A stretch of 64,000 nucleotides of DNA from Chiloscyllium plagiosum. Taxonomy: Eukaryota. Each line of letters opens with the position of its first letter. Position 1 is the first letter of the stretch. The DNA lies in assembly GCF_004010195.1 (NCBI RefSeq), contig NC_057718.1, positions 27,463,088-27,527,087 of the forward strand, in the 5' to 3' direction. Both the position numbers and the translations under genes were made by a program. The notes beneath the pieces are model-generated. The model was not told where the DNA came from. It was given only the letters and a program-made list of their open reading frames with translations, and made no database searches. This document shows, piece by piece, positions 62,346 through 64,000 of the stretch.

Positions 62346-62398
62346 GGTTTGTCTGGATCTTCTCCTTCAATACTAATCCACTTCTTTTCAATTTCAAC
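62324..62398 (-). CDS. STON1: Stonin-1 terminal coding exon (VEIEKKWISIEGEDPDKPGDCMTQ*)
   Basis: Acceptor ttttaattgcag, phase 0, TGA at 62324-62326; nearly identical to the recalled human STON1 C-terminus VEIEKKWIKIDGEDPDKIGDCITQ; syntenic with GTF2A1L. Confidence 0.93.
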   Translation of the reverse strand, partial: VEIEKKWISIEGEDPDKPGDCMTQ

Positions 62399-62549
62399 CT
62401 GCAATTAAAAATAAATCCAAAGTAAGTAAGAGAAGTTGCATTAGCTACACAAACCAGAGAGAGGTAAAAAGTAAATCTGGAAACTGGACAAATGTGGCTT
62501 GATTTAATGTGTGAATGGACCTGTTCAATCAAATTTTAGGAAGGCCATT

Positions 62550-63110
62550 ACACCATAGGAACAGAAGAAAGCTGTTTGACTGCTTGAACCTACTGCCATT
62601 CAACAGAATCATGAGTGAACAGACATTTCTCATGTCCACTTTCCTTTCCCTGTAACCTTTGATTCCCCTACTGACCAACAATCTATCTCAGCCTTAAGTA
62701 TACATGAGGACTCTACCCCCACTGCTCCCTTTAGGAAGGAGTTCCAAAGATTCACAACCCTCTGAGAAGAAATTCCTCCTCATTGCAGTCTTAAAATGGT
62801 GCCTCTTTAATCTGAGACTACGCCCCTTTGGTCTTGTACTTTCCCAGGAGGGGAAACATGCTCTCAGCATTTACCCTGTCAAGCCCATTAAGTGTCCAAA
62901 ATGATTCATTGAGATCACTTCGCATTCTTCTAAACTCCAGTGAGTGAAGTCCCAATCTGTTTAGCCTTTGCTCATAAGACACTGCCTCCGTACCAGGGAT
63001 CATCCCAGTTAATATACTCTGAACAGTCTCCAGTGAAATGATATCCTCAAATGAAAGGGACCAAAACTGCTCATAGTATTCCTGTTGTGGTCTCACCAGC
63101 ACCTTGCAAG
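62550..63110 (-). mobile_element. CR1 3' fragment in the last STON1 intron
   Basis: ORF 62818..63102 LVRP..EY..QFWS...RLGLHSLEFRRMRSDL. Confidence 0.85.
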
Positions 63111-63709
63111 GTCACAGTACAATTTCAATAAGCCTACCAATAATAAGCTACACATTAAGGGTTGGCCTAAAACACTAACAACACTATTGTGTCCAAATGA
63201 CTGACTTTTATCCAGTCTTAATGAAATTAAAGTATTCTTTTAATGATATACATTGGTGATGCTTTTCATGATGCAGCATAAATTAAAATTTGCTGGGTAA
63301 AAACAGAGGGATTTGAGTGGAATTATTGCTCATATACAATTTAAAATATAATCTGTCAGATAAATTAAAATGTCCATTTTGTTGGTTACTGAGGATGTAA
63401 AGAAACTTTGTCCTGATTGTTAATTTGGGAACTAAATTGTTCTTCTCCAGGAACAGTTAGGGAGCTTCGTTACTTATTCTAGGCTCTCCTGAGAATGGAT
63501 TAGAATAGATTTACTTTTCTCATGTCAGCTTCTTTTTTTGCTCTTTTTGAATTACTTTAAAGGGCCTCAAAGAATATAATTAACAAAACTATAGATGATG
63601 GACTAGATATAATCTTGCATTTCACTTTATAGTGTGTGATTTAATTTAAAATAAATTAAATGTTTTCAGTTTAAAAAATAATCATAGAATCAACTCTAAT
63701 ATTCTGTGC

Positions 63710-64000
63710 ATCGATAGTCACAGATGAGGTGCAGGAAGACTGGAGGTTGGCAAACGTGGTGCCACTGTTTAAGAAGGGCAGTAAAGACAAGCCAGGGAAC
63801 TATAGACTGGTGAGCCTGACCTCAGTGGTGGGCAAGTTGTTGGAGGGAATCCTGAGGGACAGGATGTACATGTATTTGGAAAGACAAAGACTGATTAGGG
63901 ATAGTCAACATGGCTTTGTGCTTGGGAAAACATGTCTCACAAACTTGATTGAGTTTTTTGAAGAAGTAACAAAGAAGGTTGATGAGGGCAGAGCAGTAGA
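63710..64000 (+). mobile_element. Young CR1 LINE, runs off the window
   Basis: DWRLANVVPLFKKGSKDKPGNYRLVSLTSVVGKLLE; same family as 53520-55783. Confidence 0.9.

Noticed and set aside
62107..62376. Plus-strand ORF with a repeated 33-aa unit
   Set aside because: Antisense by-product of the 99-bp duplication.

Overview
Eukaryotic (vertebrate) genomic DNA, very repeat-rich. The repeat content (HE1-type V-SINEs, CR1 LINEs, Penelope-like elements) points to a cartilaginous fish, probably a shark (inference). Two host genes lie in tandem on the minus strand. (1) The last coding exon of STON1 (62324-62398). (2) Coding exons 1-7 of GTF2A1L/ALF, the germ-cell TFIIA alpha/beta-like factor (44226 down to 4933). 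These join phase-consistently into 441 codons; the two C-terminal exons were not found and probably lie left of the window. ALF has a compact CpG-rich promoter with repeated CRE sites and a MYB site, a GC-AG intron, a Q-rich exon and a Taspase1 site. Introns and intergenic DNA hold CR1 and Rex1/Babar LINEs, tRNA-SINEs and a decayed Gmr1-type Gypsy element (integrase before RT) with nested insertions. The most striking non-genic signal is a set of about 14 Penelope-derived short inserts of five sequence types carrying minimal hammerhead-ribozyme cores. Several form perfect fold-back hairpins with 9-15 bp target-site duplications, and two copies 35 kb apart read as identical. Family names and homology come from recalled knowledge, not database searches. 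Repeat boundaries are approximate unless TSDs are quoted.
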